From Mobula hypostoma (lineage: Eukaryota): DNA of 64,000 nt. The translations under genes and the position numbers were made by a program. Positions 21,032-34,385 of the stretch are shown piece by piece. The stretch covers positions 131,566,001-131,630,000 of the forward strand of contig NC_086097.1 in the NCBI RefSeq assembly GCF_963921235.1, written 5' to 3'. How positions within the stretch are numbered: position 1 is the stretch's first letter; the number at the start of each line of letters is the position of its first letter. The notes under the pieces are model-generated. The model did no database searches. It had not been told where the DNA came from and saw only the letters and a list, made by a program, of their open reading frames with translations.

Positions 21032-24000
21032 GTAAGACCATAAGACCATAAGATATAGAAGCAGAATTAGGCCATTTGGCCTATCGAGACTGCTTTGCCA
21101 TTTCACCATAGTTGATCCATTTTCCCTTTCAGCCCCAATCTACTGCCTTCTCCTCATATTACTTCAGGCCTTGACTAATCAAGAATATATCAGCTTCCGC
21201 CTTAAAGATACCCAGTGGCGCTCGGCAGATTTACCGCTCTCTGACTAAAGAAATTCCTCCTCATCTCCATTCTAAATGGATGCACTTCTATTCTGAGGCT
21301 GTGTCCTCTGGTCTTAGGCTCCCCCATCATAGGAAACATCCTCTTCACGTTCAATCTATTGAGGCCTTTCACCCTAACGCCTTCACCATCATTTTGGGAG
21401 ATCTTAACCAGGCCAGTCTGAAAAAAAATCACTAAGCAATTACCATCAACAGATCACTTGCAATACCAGAGGAAACAACACATTGGACCATTGCTACACC
21501 ACCATCAAGAATGCCTACCGTGCTATTCCATGCCCTCACTTCGGGAAGTCTGATCACCTGACTGTACTTCTACTCCGAGTATAGACAGAGATTGAAGACT
21601 GCAACACCAGTAGTGAAGACCAAGGAAGTATGGTCAAGGGAAGCACAGGAACGCCTACAGGACTGCTTTGAATCAGTGGACTGGACTGTATTCAGGAATT
21701 CATCTTTGAACCTGGATGAGTATGCTGCAGTTGTTACTGACTTCATTAAAACCTGTGTGGATGAATGTGTGCCTACAAAGACTTACTGTACATTCCCAAA
21801 CCAAAAGCCATGGATGAACCAGGAGGTACGTTGTCTGCTGAAGGCTAAATCTGTCGTATTCAAGTCTGGTGACCCAGGCCTGTAGCAGAAAACCAGGTAT
21901 GATTTGCATTGGGCTATTTCAAGGGTGAAGAGACAATTTCGAATGAGGTTGGAGGTGACATTAGATGCAGGGCAACTCTGACAGGGTTTGCAAGACATTA
22001 CTTCCTGCAAAGCGAAACCCGATAGCATGAATGGCATCAATGCTTCACTACCAGATGAACTCAACGCCTTCTATGCCCGCTTTGAAAGGGAGAACATAAC
22101 TACAGCTGTGAAGATCCCTGCTGCACCTAATGACCTTGTGATCTCTATCTCAGAGGCTGATGATAGGCTATCTTTAAAGAGAATGAACCCTCGCAAGTTG
22201 GAAGGTCCCAATAGAATACCTGGTAAAGCTCTGAAAACCTGTGCCACCCAACTAGTGGGAGTATTCAAGGACATTTTCAACCTCTCACTGCTATGGGTGG
22301 AAGTTCCCACTTGCTTCAAAGAGGCAACAATTATACCAGTGCCTAAGAAGAATAATGTGAGCTGCCTTAATAACTATCGCCCGGCAGCGCTCACGTCTAC
22401 AGTGATGAAATGCTTTGAGAGTTTGGTCATGACTAGACTAAACTCCTGCCTCAGCAAGGACCTGGACCTATTGCCACAATAGGTCAATGGCAGATGCAAT
22501 CTCAGTGGCTCTCCACACAGTTTTAGACCACCTGGACAGCACAAACACCTATGTCAGGATGCTGTTCATCGACTATAGTTCAGCATTTAATACCATCAAT
22601 TCCACAATCCTGATCAAGAAGTTGTAGAACCTGGGCCTCTGTACCTCCCCTCTGCAATTAGATCCTCGACTTCCTAACTGGAAGGCCACAATCTGCACGG
22701 ATTGGTGATAACATATCCTCTTTGCTGATGATCAACACTGTTGCACCTCAGGGGTGTGTGCTTACCCACTGCTCTACACTTTGTATACACATGACTGTAT
22801 GGCCAGGCATAGCTCAAGTATCATCTATAAATTTGCTGACGATACAACCATTGTTGGTAGAATCTCAGGTGGTGACAAAAGGGTGTACAGGAATGAGGTA
22901 TGCCAACTAGCCACAGCAAGAACCTGGCACTCAACATCAGTAAGATGAAAGAGCTGATTGTGGACTTTAGGAAGGGTAAGAGGAAGGAACACATAGCAAT
23001 TCTCATAGAGGGATCAGAAGTGGAGAGAGTGAGCAGCTTCAAGTTCCTGAGTGTCAAGATCTCTGAGGATCTAACCTGGTGCCAACATATTGATATAGTT
23101 ATAAAGAAGCCAAGACAGTGGCTATACTTCATTAGGAGCTTGAAGAGATTTGGCATGTCAACAAATACACTCAGAAACTTCTATAGATGGAACGTGGACA
23201 GCATTCTGACAGACCGCATCACTGTCTGGTATGGGGGTGGGGGCTGTTGCACAGGACTGAAAGAAGCTGCAGAAGGTTGTAAATTTAGTCAGCTCCATCT
23301 TGGATATTAGCCTATAAAGTACCCAGGACATCTTCAGGGAGCGGTGTCTCAGAAGGGTGGCGTCCATTAAGGACCTCCAGCACCCAGGGCATGCCCTTTT
23401 CTCACTGTTACCATCAGGAAGGAGGTACAGAAGCCTGAAGGCACACACTCAGCGATTCAGGAACAGCTTCTTCCCCTCTGCCATCCGATTCCTAAATGGA
23501 CATTGAAGCCTTGGACACTACCTCACTTTTTTTAATATACGGTATTTCTGTTTTTTGCACGTTTTAAAAATCTATTCAATATACATATACTGTAATTGAT
23601 TTACTTGTTTATTTATTACTATTTTTTTCTCTTCTATATAATTTATTGTCTTGAACTGCTGCTGCTAAGTTGACAAATTTCACATTACATGCCGGTGGTA
23701 ATAAACCTGATTCTGATTCTGATTCTGATTGTCAAAGGTCTTCCGAAGATCCAAGTACAGAATATCCACCGATTTCCTCTTTGTCTATCCTGCTTGTTAT
23801 TTCTTCAAAGAATTCCAGCAGGTTTGTCAGGCAAGATTTTCCTTGAGGAAACCATGCTGACTCTGGTCTATTTTATCATGTGCCTCCAAGTACCCCAAAA
23901 CCCCATCTTTAACAATGGTCCCTAATGTCTTTCCAACCACTGAGCTCAGACTAACTGGCATATAATTTCCTTTCTTCTGTCCTTCTCCCTTCTTGAAGAG

Positions 24001-24835
24001 TGGAGTGACATTTGCAATTTTCCATTCCTCCAGAACCATGCCAGAATCAATTGATTCTTGAAAGATCATTACTAATGCTTCCACAATCTCTTCAGCTACC
24101 TCTTTCAGCTCCCTTGCATCCAGGTGACTTATCTACCTTCACATTTTTTCTACTTACGCATTTTTTTACACTTTATATATCTGAAGAAACTCTTTAATAT
24201 TATTGCCTGGCTTAACTTCATATTCCATCTATTTCTTCTTTATGATTTTTCAGTTGCCTTCTGTTGGTTTTAAAAAGCTTCCAAATCCTCTAACTTTCCA
24301 CTAATTTTTGTTCTATTATGTGGCATCTCTTTGGCTTTTATGTTAACTTTGCTTTCTCTTGTCAGCCACGGTTGTGTCTTCCTACCTTTAGACTGCTTCT
24401 TCCTCTTTGGGATGTATATAGCCTCTACCTTCCAAATTGCTCCCAGAAATTCCAGCCATCGCTCCTTTGCCATCATCTGTGCCAGTGTTCTTTTCCAATC
24501 CGTTTTGGCGAGCTCTTCTCTCATGCTTCTATAATTCCCTTTACTCCACTATAATAGTGACACATTTGACTTTAGCGTCTCCTCAGCCTTCAGGGTGAAT
24601 TTGATCATATTATGAGCACTTACTTCTAATCAATTCCAGTTCATTGAAAAACATTCAATCCTGAATAGCTGATCTCTTAGTGGACTCAACCACAAGCTGC
24701 TCTAAAAAGCCATCTCGTAGGCATTCTAGAAATCCTGCCCTCTTGGGATACAGCTCCAACCTGATTTTCCCAGTTTACCTACACATTGAAATCCCCGTGA
24801 GTATCATAACATTGCCCTTTAGACATGCATTTTCT
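21032..24835 (-). mobile_element. Older CR1 (3' end at 21032-21370, body at 23730-24835) interrupted by a Rex1-type LINE
   Basis: TAAGACCA tail repeats; KGLNRLNVKRMFP..RGHSLRI; then EALVMIFQESIDSG..WKIANVTPLFKKG and PWLTRE. Confidence 0.85.
21371..23730 (+). mobile_element. Rex1/Babar-type LINE, 5'-truncated in the endonuclease, with multiple stops and frameshifts
   Basis: ILGDLNQA, GKSDHL, FPNQKPWMN, NNYRPAALTS, KFADD and WLYFIRSLKRFG; tail AATAAACC(TGATTC)n. Confidence 0.92.
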
Positions 24836-24879
24836 ACCTCTACCACTACGACATAAGGCATTGGTTTATTCCTCAAATA

Positions 24880-26147
24880 GTCCACCATCTGAGCCATGCC
24901 ATCTTCTCAAAGCTACCATCAGGAAGAAGTGTGAAGTCTCACATCACCAGTTTCAAGAATAGCTACTTCCTTTTAACCATTCAGTTCTTGAATCATCCTG
25001 CACAACCTAAATCGCTGCCTCATTATAGAAACATTATGACCACTTTCAGTTACAAAGAACTTTGATTTTGTTTGTTCTAAATGTATTCTTCTTGCATAAT
25101 TTCATATGATTTTTGTTCAGTTTATATCTCTCTTATGAATTTTGTGTATCTGATCCTATGAGCCTGTGATGCTGCTGCCAGTACATTATCTGTTGCATTT
25201 CTACATACACGTACTTGTGCATATGACAGTAAGTTAAATTTAACTTGACTGGTTAAGTTAACCAAGTAAAGTCTGTAGAGCTAAGTTTGCAGGAAACCCC
25301 AAAGCTCAGGGTAAGAGTCAGAGGCAAGCAAGGAAACAGAATGTGTACCATTCTCTGTCTGACAAGTATGCCCTTCGCCATTGTGTTTAAGTGTAGCATT
25401 CCTCTTCATTGCCAAGCTGCCATGCCTCACTGATTTTATCACATCTCCTTAGGCTATTAAGGCATTGGATGGCTTTCAAGATTGTACTAAATGGGGGAGC
25501 AAGACAAAGGTGTGATTGACACCCCTGATACTCCTATTTATTAATTTATTACAAGCTTGATGGAAGTTGTTTCCACTTTTTGGGACAAACTCATTGATCA
25601 GATCATGAAGAAGGCACTCTCGTGGCTATACTTCATTAGGAGCTTGAGGAGATTTGATATGTCACCAAGGTCTCTTGCAAATTTCCACAGAGGTACCATG
25701 GAGAGCATTCTGACTAGTTACATCATTGCCTGGTATGGAGGGTCCAATGCACAGGACTGAAAGAGGCTGCAGAAGACTGTAGACTCAGGCAGCTGCATCA
25801 CGGGCACAGCATTCCCCACCACTGAGAAAATCTTCAAAAGACGACGCGGCAAGAAAATGGCATCATCACTAAGGAACCTCTTCATGCTGTCTTCTCCTTA
25901 CTACAATTGGTGAGAGAGTACAGAAGCCTAAAGACCCTCACTCAATGTTTCAAGAACAGCTTCTTTCCCTCTGCCATCAGATTTCTGAACAGTCCATAAA
26001 ACCATGAACACTACCTTACTAGTCCTCTTTTACCCTGTTTATTTATTTATTGTAACATGATAATAAGTTTTATGTCTTGCACTGTACTGCTGTCACAAAC
26101 CAATTTTTGTGATATACATCAGTGATAATAAACCTGATTCTGATTTT
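24880..26147 (+). mobile_element. Two Rex1/Babar-type 3' fragments (about 24880-25250 and 25590-26147)
   Basis: KKALSWLYFIRSLRRFDMS..ESILTSYIIAWYG; AATAAACCTGATTCTGAT tail. Confidence 0.75.
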
Positions 26148-26304
26148 GCAAATTCCACTACAAAGACTGCCCCAAACTGGATTCATGTTGAATGTTCTTT
26201 TGCTTTACATTTCTGTTGAAGTTTATCTGGAAATAGATAGAAACAGAACTCGCATTTTTACTCAGTTGGATGTCACTTTAGTTAAGTTTTTTTTAATATA
26301 TCAT

Positions 26305-26795
26305 TTGATTAGGGTTCAGAAGAGGTTTACCAGAATGCTGCTTGGATTAGAGAGTATGAGCTATCAGGAGAGGTTGGACAAATGGGTTATTTTCTCAAAG
26401 GCTGAGTGGATACCTGATAGATCATTACAAAATTAATAGAGGCATTGACAGTGTATTCACCTAGTACCATCTTTCCCCCTGGGGTTGAAATGTTTAATAT
26501 CAAAGGACATGCATTTAAAGTGAGAGGGAGAAAGTTCAAAGGAGATGTGTAGGGTATTTTTTTTATACACAGAGTGTGGTGGATACCTGGATTGTGCTTC
26601 CAGGGTTGGTGGAGGTGACAAATAAGATAGGGACATTTTAGAGGTTCTTAGATAGGCACATAAATATGCAGAAAATGGAGGGATGTGGACCATGAACAAG
26701 TAGAAAGCATTAGGTATCATTAGCTAACTAGTTCTGCACGTCATAGACTGAAAGACCTGTTCCTGTGTTGTACTGTTCTGTGAACTATGTTCTAT
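26305..26795 (+). mobile_element. CR1 3' fragment
   Basis: RVQKRFTRMLLGLESMSYQERLDK; 3' UTR ending in CTATGTTCTAT. Confidence 0.75.
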
Positions 26796-28569
26796 ATTAC
26801 ACTCCATAAGAGGAAAACACCCTTCAGGACTCCCGTATATCTTTTCTCCCTCACCTTAAACCAATGCTCTCTAATCTTAGGCTCCTATGCCTCAGGAAAT
26901 GAACGTGATCAGTTGGTTATGGACCCCTTATATTAGAGAATGAGATTAGTTTAGATAGGTGTTGGATGGATAGCATGGACATCATGGGCCAAAGACCTTT
27001 TATTCTGTGCTACATGGCTCGATAACTCGTCCCTAAGACTATGACACACATACATTTGATAATGGACTAAAACTTTATTTTTGGTTGATGCTGTTTGAAA
27101 GGTACAGTAATTATTGTTTCAAATACTGGGTAAATTTCCCTCCTCTGATACAACATAGTGTTAAAAATTCTTGTACAGCCATCTGCGACAAATCAAAGTG
27201 GGCCTCATGATAATGTCCCATGGTCAATGTAGCAACTCCAGCAGTGCAGCCTGGACTCTTGGGTTTTTGTGACCAAGTTGCTGGAATGGAATTTGAACTC
27301 TGGGTCTTCACATAAAGATGAGCAGATGCTAATCCTCTGGCCCTGGATTAGCACCAATTTTCCACTGATCACTCGATGGAATCAAGGGTTTCCAACAGTC
27401 CAGGACTTCTCTTTTGATTCATTAGCTTCTCGACTATTGTAAGAGTATTTGGACTTTGTCTATTGTGTTAGTAATCAATGCAACTTCAACAAAACCTGTA
27501 ATATACATAAAATACATTAGCAGACTTTCTGAAGTCTATCAAGTATTTTATCCATAGTTGTATCCACTTATTTTCAGAGAGCCATGTTGTCATAATTTGC
27601 TTATTAAGGATTGCTACTAGTTCTTACTTTACTCTCTGCCCCATCAGCCAGTACATCAATGGCAGTGTGAGGGTGGTCTACTTTATGCAAAAGAAACAGG
27701 ATCAGCCACACACAGGAAAGCTAACATGTTAATGGGCATTTAGTGGTCAAAGGGGAATCCAGATTGTGCAGCAGAAGTGATCTATGGTAAAACCGACCTG
27801 CAATTGTTCATTAGAAATGTAATGTCCCCAACACTTTCTCTGTATCAATGCATTTTGCCTCCTTTGTGCCACATCAATGCAAACAAGTAAATTTTCTTCC
27901 AACAACTAAAACCAATCACCTTTGATATGTTAATAGTTTACATTTTGAATTCATTGCTTGAAAGAGTGGCAGAATTAGATATAATGGTCACATTTAAAGA
28001 GGAGCTGTGTAAGTAGAGTCATAGCATTATACACATGAAAGCTGGCCCTTTGGCCCAGCTGGTGAATGCTGACCAAGGTTCTCATATAAACTAATCTCAG
28101 TTGCCCACATTTGGCTCGTATTCCTCTAAACTTGAAGATGATATATTCACAAGGTTCTGGGGCAAAGAGCAGGGGAGTGGGATTAATTGAGAAGTTTTGT
28201 ACAGAGCTGGTACAAACATTATGAACTGAATCCTGTAGTATGGCATGATTCTCTGCCTTGAAGGATGGGATGACTTTTTTTGGGTATCCTGGCCCATTAT
28301 TTATCTTGTATCATATCACGAAGGTAGGTTATCTGATCACTGTCACAAAGGTACTTGTTTGGACTTGTTGTGCATAAATTCGTTATGCTTTGAGGTAACA
28401 GTAACTGCACTTCTGAAATATTTCACTGGTTCAGAAGTGTTTCTGAGTTCTTGTTCTTGACATGGCTGGATTGGAAAAACTGGGGTTACCCCCTTTGGGG
28501 CAAATGATGAGAAATGATGAGGGATGAATATCACAACATTAAATAGAAGAAAGGAAGGGAAGTTGTACC

Positions 28570-28705
28570 CGTCCTGATGAAGGGTCTCATCCTGAAAGGT
28601 CGACTGTTCACCTTTTTCCATATATGCTCCCTGGCCTGCTGAGTTCCTCCAGTGTTTTGTGTGTGTTGTTTGGATTTCCAGCATCTGCTGATTTTCTCGT
28701 CTTTG
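28570..28705 (+). mobile_element. PLE terminal repeat starting at a hammerhead-like core
   Basis: GTC-CTGATGA-AGGGTCTCATCCT-GAAAG-GTC-GAC, with helix II and helix III mutated. Confidence 0.75.
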
Positions 28706-28709
28706 GACA

Positions 28710-30256
28710 TGTTATGTTTTGTAACACCAAAGTACTAATTGAAAGAAAAACATGTGAGCCAGGGCTACTCATGTTTTCTTTTCTTTAGTGAGGCACGCAC
28801 ATATGATCTGAAGATTATAGACTTGGAGCATGACTCAACAAGCGTGTATTCTTTAAACAAAGCATCACTCACTGTGGTCATACCATTGATGCAGAAGAAT
28901 TACACAAGTGTGTTAAGAAAATTCAAGCAAGTTTGGTATGGGACTCCAAATCCTAAGAGCTTTCTATGGGGGCACAATTGAGAGCATACTGACTAGCTGC
29001 ATCACTGCCTGGAATGGGGACTGTATTTCCCTCAATCGCAGGACTCTGCAGAGAGTGGTGTGGACAGTGAAGCACATCTGTAAATGTGAGCTTCCCACTA
29101 TTCAGCTTGCATATTAGTGCTCTTTTTGAAACTGATGTTTAACCTTTTAACTATTTCTCTTTCTTGTGAAGTCCATTTATCTTTGTCCTCCCAATATGCC
29201 TTGTTGCATTTCCTGCAAGTTTCACCTTTAAACCTGCATTGGTCTGGTGTAAGTGAGTCCCTGCCACAATAGTAACACAATTTGTTCAGCCAGGCAGGTT
29301 TCTGTTTAGAGGCTGCAATTTTGTTTATGCTCACTTTCATTCCTGACTACAACTCACTTGCATCTCTGGCTGCTGTTTCCATTGATACAGCAATTTCAAG
29401 TGCTCATTTAAATGTCAATTTTGCTTTAATTCAGAGTTGTATTAGAGTGCTTTCTTGTAAGATCACACAAACTAAAAGATCTCTCAGTGCATCACCGAGC
29501 CCTTCACTGAGCTGACAATGGCTCACGATCTCTTCAATTCAGCCACATGAGCTGAAATGGACTCCCCTTCATTTGGATTCCATTTATGAAACCAAAAGCA
29601 TTCTGTAATCCACAATGGTTTCAGTTCTAAATCCTCCTTTATTACATTCACAAAGTCAATAAAGCTTACTTCAGCTGTTTAGGAGCAGTTAAACTTCAAA
29701 GTAAACCATATGCTTTTCCACCTATTGCACTCAGCAAAACTGGTAGCTGCTTTTCATTGGTTATTTCATTTGTTTCAAAATACTTCACAATTTGTTCAGT
29801 ATACAATATCCAGTTATCTCCTATGTAATTTAATGTGTCTATCTTTCTGACGTAGCTAGCCGTTTCTGCATTTATTTATTTACTTACTTATTTCTTATCA
29901 ACCAGTAGTGACTGTATATGAACCTGTGAATTTTGTCCACTTTCTGCTTTCTTAAAAACTCGATGTCTCTCTCCCCTTTCCAAAGAAATATGTGCAGCCC
30001 TCCATCAGGTAGGTAGTCGTCCCTGGTTCATTTTAAAACTTCCTCGTCACCTCTGTTATATTTTGTATACTACTTGAAAGAAAAGCATGTGTACGTACTT
30101 TCTTTTCTTTTGTGAGGCGTATGCTTTCTTATATGTTACCCGTATTTACAAACTTCTCCTGTATAACCTGTAATGAATTATGTAAAGAGACAAAGAATAA
30201 TTAATAAAACAATATACTTACAATATTACTCAAAAATTACTGAAATATTATATACA
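28710..30256 (-). mobile_element. Decayed Gypsy (Mag-like) LTR element: 5' LTR 30054-30256, primer-binding site (PBS), gag, partial 3' LTR 28710-28805; pol absent
   Basis: Related TGTTAT.TTTTGTA..TTGAAAGAAAA..GTGAGGC segments at both ends; PBS-like GGTGACGAGGA next to the LTR; gag KIDTLNYIGDNWILYTEQ..LLSAIGGKAYG and knuckles CYYCG..QCRFKGETCRKCNK. Confidence 0.75.
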
Positions 30257-30659
30257 CTGCAGTATACATTAAAAGTGGTTTGAAACTTGGGAATTGCAGA
30301 ATTTTATCACTGGCTAAAAGATACAAGGGAGAGATGAGGGAAGAAAAAGATTTTTATCTAGTGAGGAGTTAGGAGTTGTATCTCAATGCCTTTCAAGATG
30401 TAAGAAATAGAGTGATTATGGCCTTCAAAAGGAAATACAGCTTTATTTGGCAAAGGTGGATGGGTAAAGTTCTGGTATTGCTCTGCTGAGAGTGAGAATT
30501 GATTTGATTGGCTTAATGATGCTCCTTTCGCACCATAGTAATCTGCATTCTCATACAGGTGTGTGGAATTATCTTTCTAGTTAATACAAGAGCCAGGTCA
30601 TTGAACAGAAATGCAAAAAAAAATTTCACCCGTACCTCGACATAGGCTGCAGTATCATA

Positions 30660-31290
30660 GAGTCATAAACTAGAGGACCAGCATTTAATGCATAAGGGCA
30701 AACATTGAAAGGAGATGTGCAGGACAAGTTTTTTTCAGAGAGTGCTGGGTGTCTGGAGTGTGCTTCCAGCGGTGCATGTGGAGGCAGGTATGACAGCAGT
30801 GTTTAAGGAACTCTTATTTTGGTACATGAATAATCAGAGGATGGATGGATATGGATCACGTGCAGTTAGAAGGACATGTTTATTGAAATGTTTGCAATGA
30901 TTAATTACATGTCAATATCTTAATCAATTTGGTGCAATAATGTGGGGCGAAGCGTCTATTCCTGTGCTGTCCTATATTCCATGTAAACAGAAACAGGCCT
31001 TTAGAACCAACATGTCAATGACATCAAGACCTCATCTAGACTTACCCTATTTGCCAGTACTTGCTCCATTGCCCATAATGCCGGAGTGATTGATTTTTGA
31101 ACTCATTTAGATACTAGTAATGGTTTAGGAGTACCGACTGTACCTCCACCAGCTCCCCTGGCAGTGATTTCCAGATTCTCTGAGCAGAAAAAAAAATTTT
31201 CTCGAATCCTCTCTAAGACATATACTGCTCTTTGCTTCCAGCTATTGATATCTTAGTTCAGGGGAAAAGTTTCTTCCTATCTGAGATACA
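30660..31290. mobile_element. Old CR1 3' tails (plus strand 30660-30985, minus strand 30985-31290)
   Basis: FFQRVLGVWSVLPA..VEAG..FKE; CR1-type 3' UTR. Confidence 0.55.
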
Positions 31291-32571
31291 AGAGATTCTG
31301 TAGATGCTGGAAATTGTGAGCATCATATACTATCTATCTAGTTACTATCTAACTTGTCTGTGCTCTTATAAATTTGTACACCTAATGACCAACTTCCTTA
31401 ACTTCCTTCACACTTGAAGCCACTGCCAGCAGACAATCCGTGCTTCTGTTATTGTGATGTGCACTTTCATTATAAACAGGTTTTGTTCTCAAATTCAAGC
31501 ATGAAAGAGACCCTCCTATTTCTTTCTAATTTGCAAAAGCTGTTACACTCACATTCCAAAACTTAGTATTTTAATTTGTTTTTTCTTTTTTTCCTAATTT
31601 ACAAGCCCATTTCACATCCGTCCTCACAGGATGACACATAATAATGTTTTAAAGTGGGTTAAGCAGGAAGGGAGGGATTAACCAACACTGGGAGTTCAGC
31701 CCTGTGAGTTCCATTGACTGACAGGCCCAAGGCTACTTGTTGTCCAGGTGGCCATTATCAGGCCTTGCTCCAATAGTTCTTTATTGCCCATGACTTCACG
31801 GTGAGGATCTGTCAGCCCCAATCACGCTGCTAAACGTGTGCAAGGAGGGAAGCCTGCAGAGTATCACTCCCAGACAGCATGTCTCCCCCTTCACACCTCA
31901 TTTCCTCTGACTGTCCAGCTCAAGGGAAGGTTGGGGAGGGGAGGAGGGAGGTGGTGCCTACTCTGTTATTACCACAGTTGTCAATGCTACTGCTAGATCA
32001 AACACCCATTAATTATTTCTTATCTTCCTTGTCCAATATCACTACTAAAAGAAACAAGTTTTTAATAATGTTGTGCTGCACTCTTTTATTTACTCTTTGG
32101 AATGCCTTCTCTCTTCCTACAGAATGACATTGAGGAGCCAGTAATTGCTCCCAGAGCTTTGCAGTAGTGGTCAGCATAGACGTATTGGGCTGAATGGCCT
32201 ATTTCATGCTGTAAGACTCTGACTCTATGTTGCTGAGCATCATGTGAATCTTCTCTCTTCATTTAAAAATGTACTTTATTCATGATAACGTACATTCATT
32301 AAAATCAATGCAAATTTTCTTTACATTCGTTATTCTATTAAATCAACACCTTCTCTCACAGTGCATTAAAGTATTTTAGACTTCCTCTTTAAACAATACT
32401 CCTTTAAAGTGTTTGAGGGGCTATTCCACAGGACACAGTTTCTAAACATTTTGTGGCAGCAGGGCCTTAGATTGTGATCCCTTCTCGTGTATCAACTGTG
32501 AATTACCTTTCTTCTGGACAGCAGGTCGAATTTATTAATTTATTTAGTGATACAGTGTGTTTTTTCCAGTT

Positions 32572-33330
32572 TAAGATGGTGCTGCTGAAGGCAAGCGACT
32601 ACTTACTGGCGGTTAACAAAACATGAAATACAACTAAATACTTTATTTATAAGGCTTTTTCTGTAAAAAAAAAGTCATGGTAAGCAATCACCGCAAACAA
32701 TGAAGAGGAGAGCAAAGGCAAGGCTGAGCTGAGAGTCAAAGTGTGTGGATGCGAGGTGAGGTCGAGGGGAGTGGAGCAGAGCAAAGCTGCAGCAGGAGAG
32801 AGGCAGGTTCGAGGCTCGTTCACCAAAACGGAGAGCGAGATTTGATCACTCCAAGCACCAAGCTGATCTGTAAAGGTCCAGTATGAGCCAAAACATGGCA
32901 GAGGGTTCAGAGCCCAGAGTGTATCGATGCGATAGGGCCCGGGTCTTAGAGTGCAGAACAACCCGGTGCTTGGACGATTTAAACGTCAGGGCAAGATTGA
33001 TTGAAAAGGTAGGGTGTTGTGACCAGAGGGGAAGGTTGGGTCAGTTCTGCTCGCTGCTCCATGATGTTTACTCTGCACTGAGGCTGAGGCTACGGCCTAC
33101 TCTGGCTGATCCTGGCTTTGTGTCTGAGGTCTCACTTTTGCTCTCAATGCTATCTGCTTACCTTCATTGTCTGCACGATTTTTTTTACTCTGCACATTGG
33201 GTGTTTGTCGGTCTTTTTTTTAATGGGTTCTTTAGGGTTTCTTTGTTTTGAGGCCACCTGTAAGGAGACGAATCTCAAGGTTGTATAAAGTATATATAAT
33301 TTGATAACAAATGTACTTTGAATTTTGAAC
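32572..33330 (+). mobile_element. Non-coding retroelement with a Rex1-type 3' tail; related copy at about 43755-44412
   Basis: Both copies share CAACTAAATACTTT, AGATTGA..GAAAAGGT.AGGGTGTTGTGAC, CTCTGCACATTGGGTGT and a TGTACTTTGAA tail. Confidence 0.6.
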
Positions 33331-33612
33331 TCCCAGTCGGCCCTGCTGGTCCTTTGAACCATGCTGACCCAGCAACCATAAAACCCCGATTAACCCTAAC
33401 CTAATCACAGGACAACTTACAATGACCAATTAACCTACCTGGTATGTCTTTGGACAGTGGGAGGAAACCGGAGCACCCAGGGAAAATCCACACATCTCAA
33501 TGGGGAAGACATACGGAGACTCCTTACAGGATGGCGCCAGAATGGAACTCCGAACTCCGGGATGCCCCAAGCTCTCATGGTGTCACGCTAACCACAATGC
33601 TACTGTGGCACC
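33331..33612 (-). mobile_element. V-SINE (HE1-like)
   Basis: GTGGGAGGAAACCGGAGCACCCAGGGAAAATCCAC (V-domain) and a tRNA-like head. Confidence 0.75.
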
Positions 33613-34049
33613 ATAAACATAACATAATCTTGCTCCAGAGGCTTGAGCAGAAAAAAACCTGAGCGACCACCTCAGTGAGTGAGTGACAACTGGATGGTTG
33701 AAGATGCTGTCATTCAGAATGGTGTTAAACTGAAGACCCACTCTTGTGCAGGCATAGAAGACCTAGTGTGCTAGCCTTTCGATTATTCAGCACCAGTAAA
33801 ACAGGTTTCCTGACCAAGGTACAAGTAGCAAGAGTCCGCAAATTGGCTGCCGCTTTCCCACAGAGCATTGTTCAAAAGCACTTCAGTGGCTGGGAAGGGT
33901 TGCGAGTTGCTGAAATTCAGCATCTTGAAGCGTGGATCCAAATGGTTTAAATCTCAGAGAAAGTGACATTTGTGCAAGATGCTGGTGAGGCCGCACTTGG
34001 AGAACTGTGTTCCGATTTGGTCACTCTGCTACGGAAAAGATATTATTGA

Positions 34050-34385
34050 GAGATTAGAGATGAGATCAAAGATCTGTTTTATTTGTCACGTGTGCGTCGA
34101 AACATCAAAACATACCATGAAATACATTGTTTGTGTCAATGACCAACACTGTCCGAAGGTACACTGGGGGCAGCCTGCAAGTGCTGCTATGCTTCTGGCG
34201 CCAGTGTAGCATGCCCACAACTTACTAGCCTGTATGTCTTTTGGGTGTGGATGGAAACCGGAGCACTCGGAGGAAACCCACACACTCAAGGGATGAATAT
34301 ATGAACTCCTTACAGACAACAGTAGGAATTGAACCACAAATCACTGGTGCTGTAAAGTGTTGTGCTGGTCACTACACCCCTGTGC
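34050..34385 (-). mobile_element. V-SINE with a Rex1-like 3' tail
   Basis: GGAAACCGGAGCACTCGGAGGAAACCCAC V-domain; GGAATTGAACC B-box complement; minus-strand tail GTGACAAATAAAAC. Confidence 0.7.
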
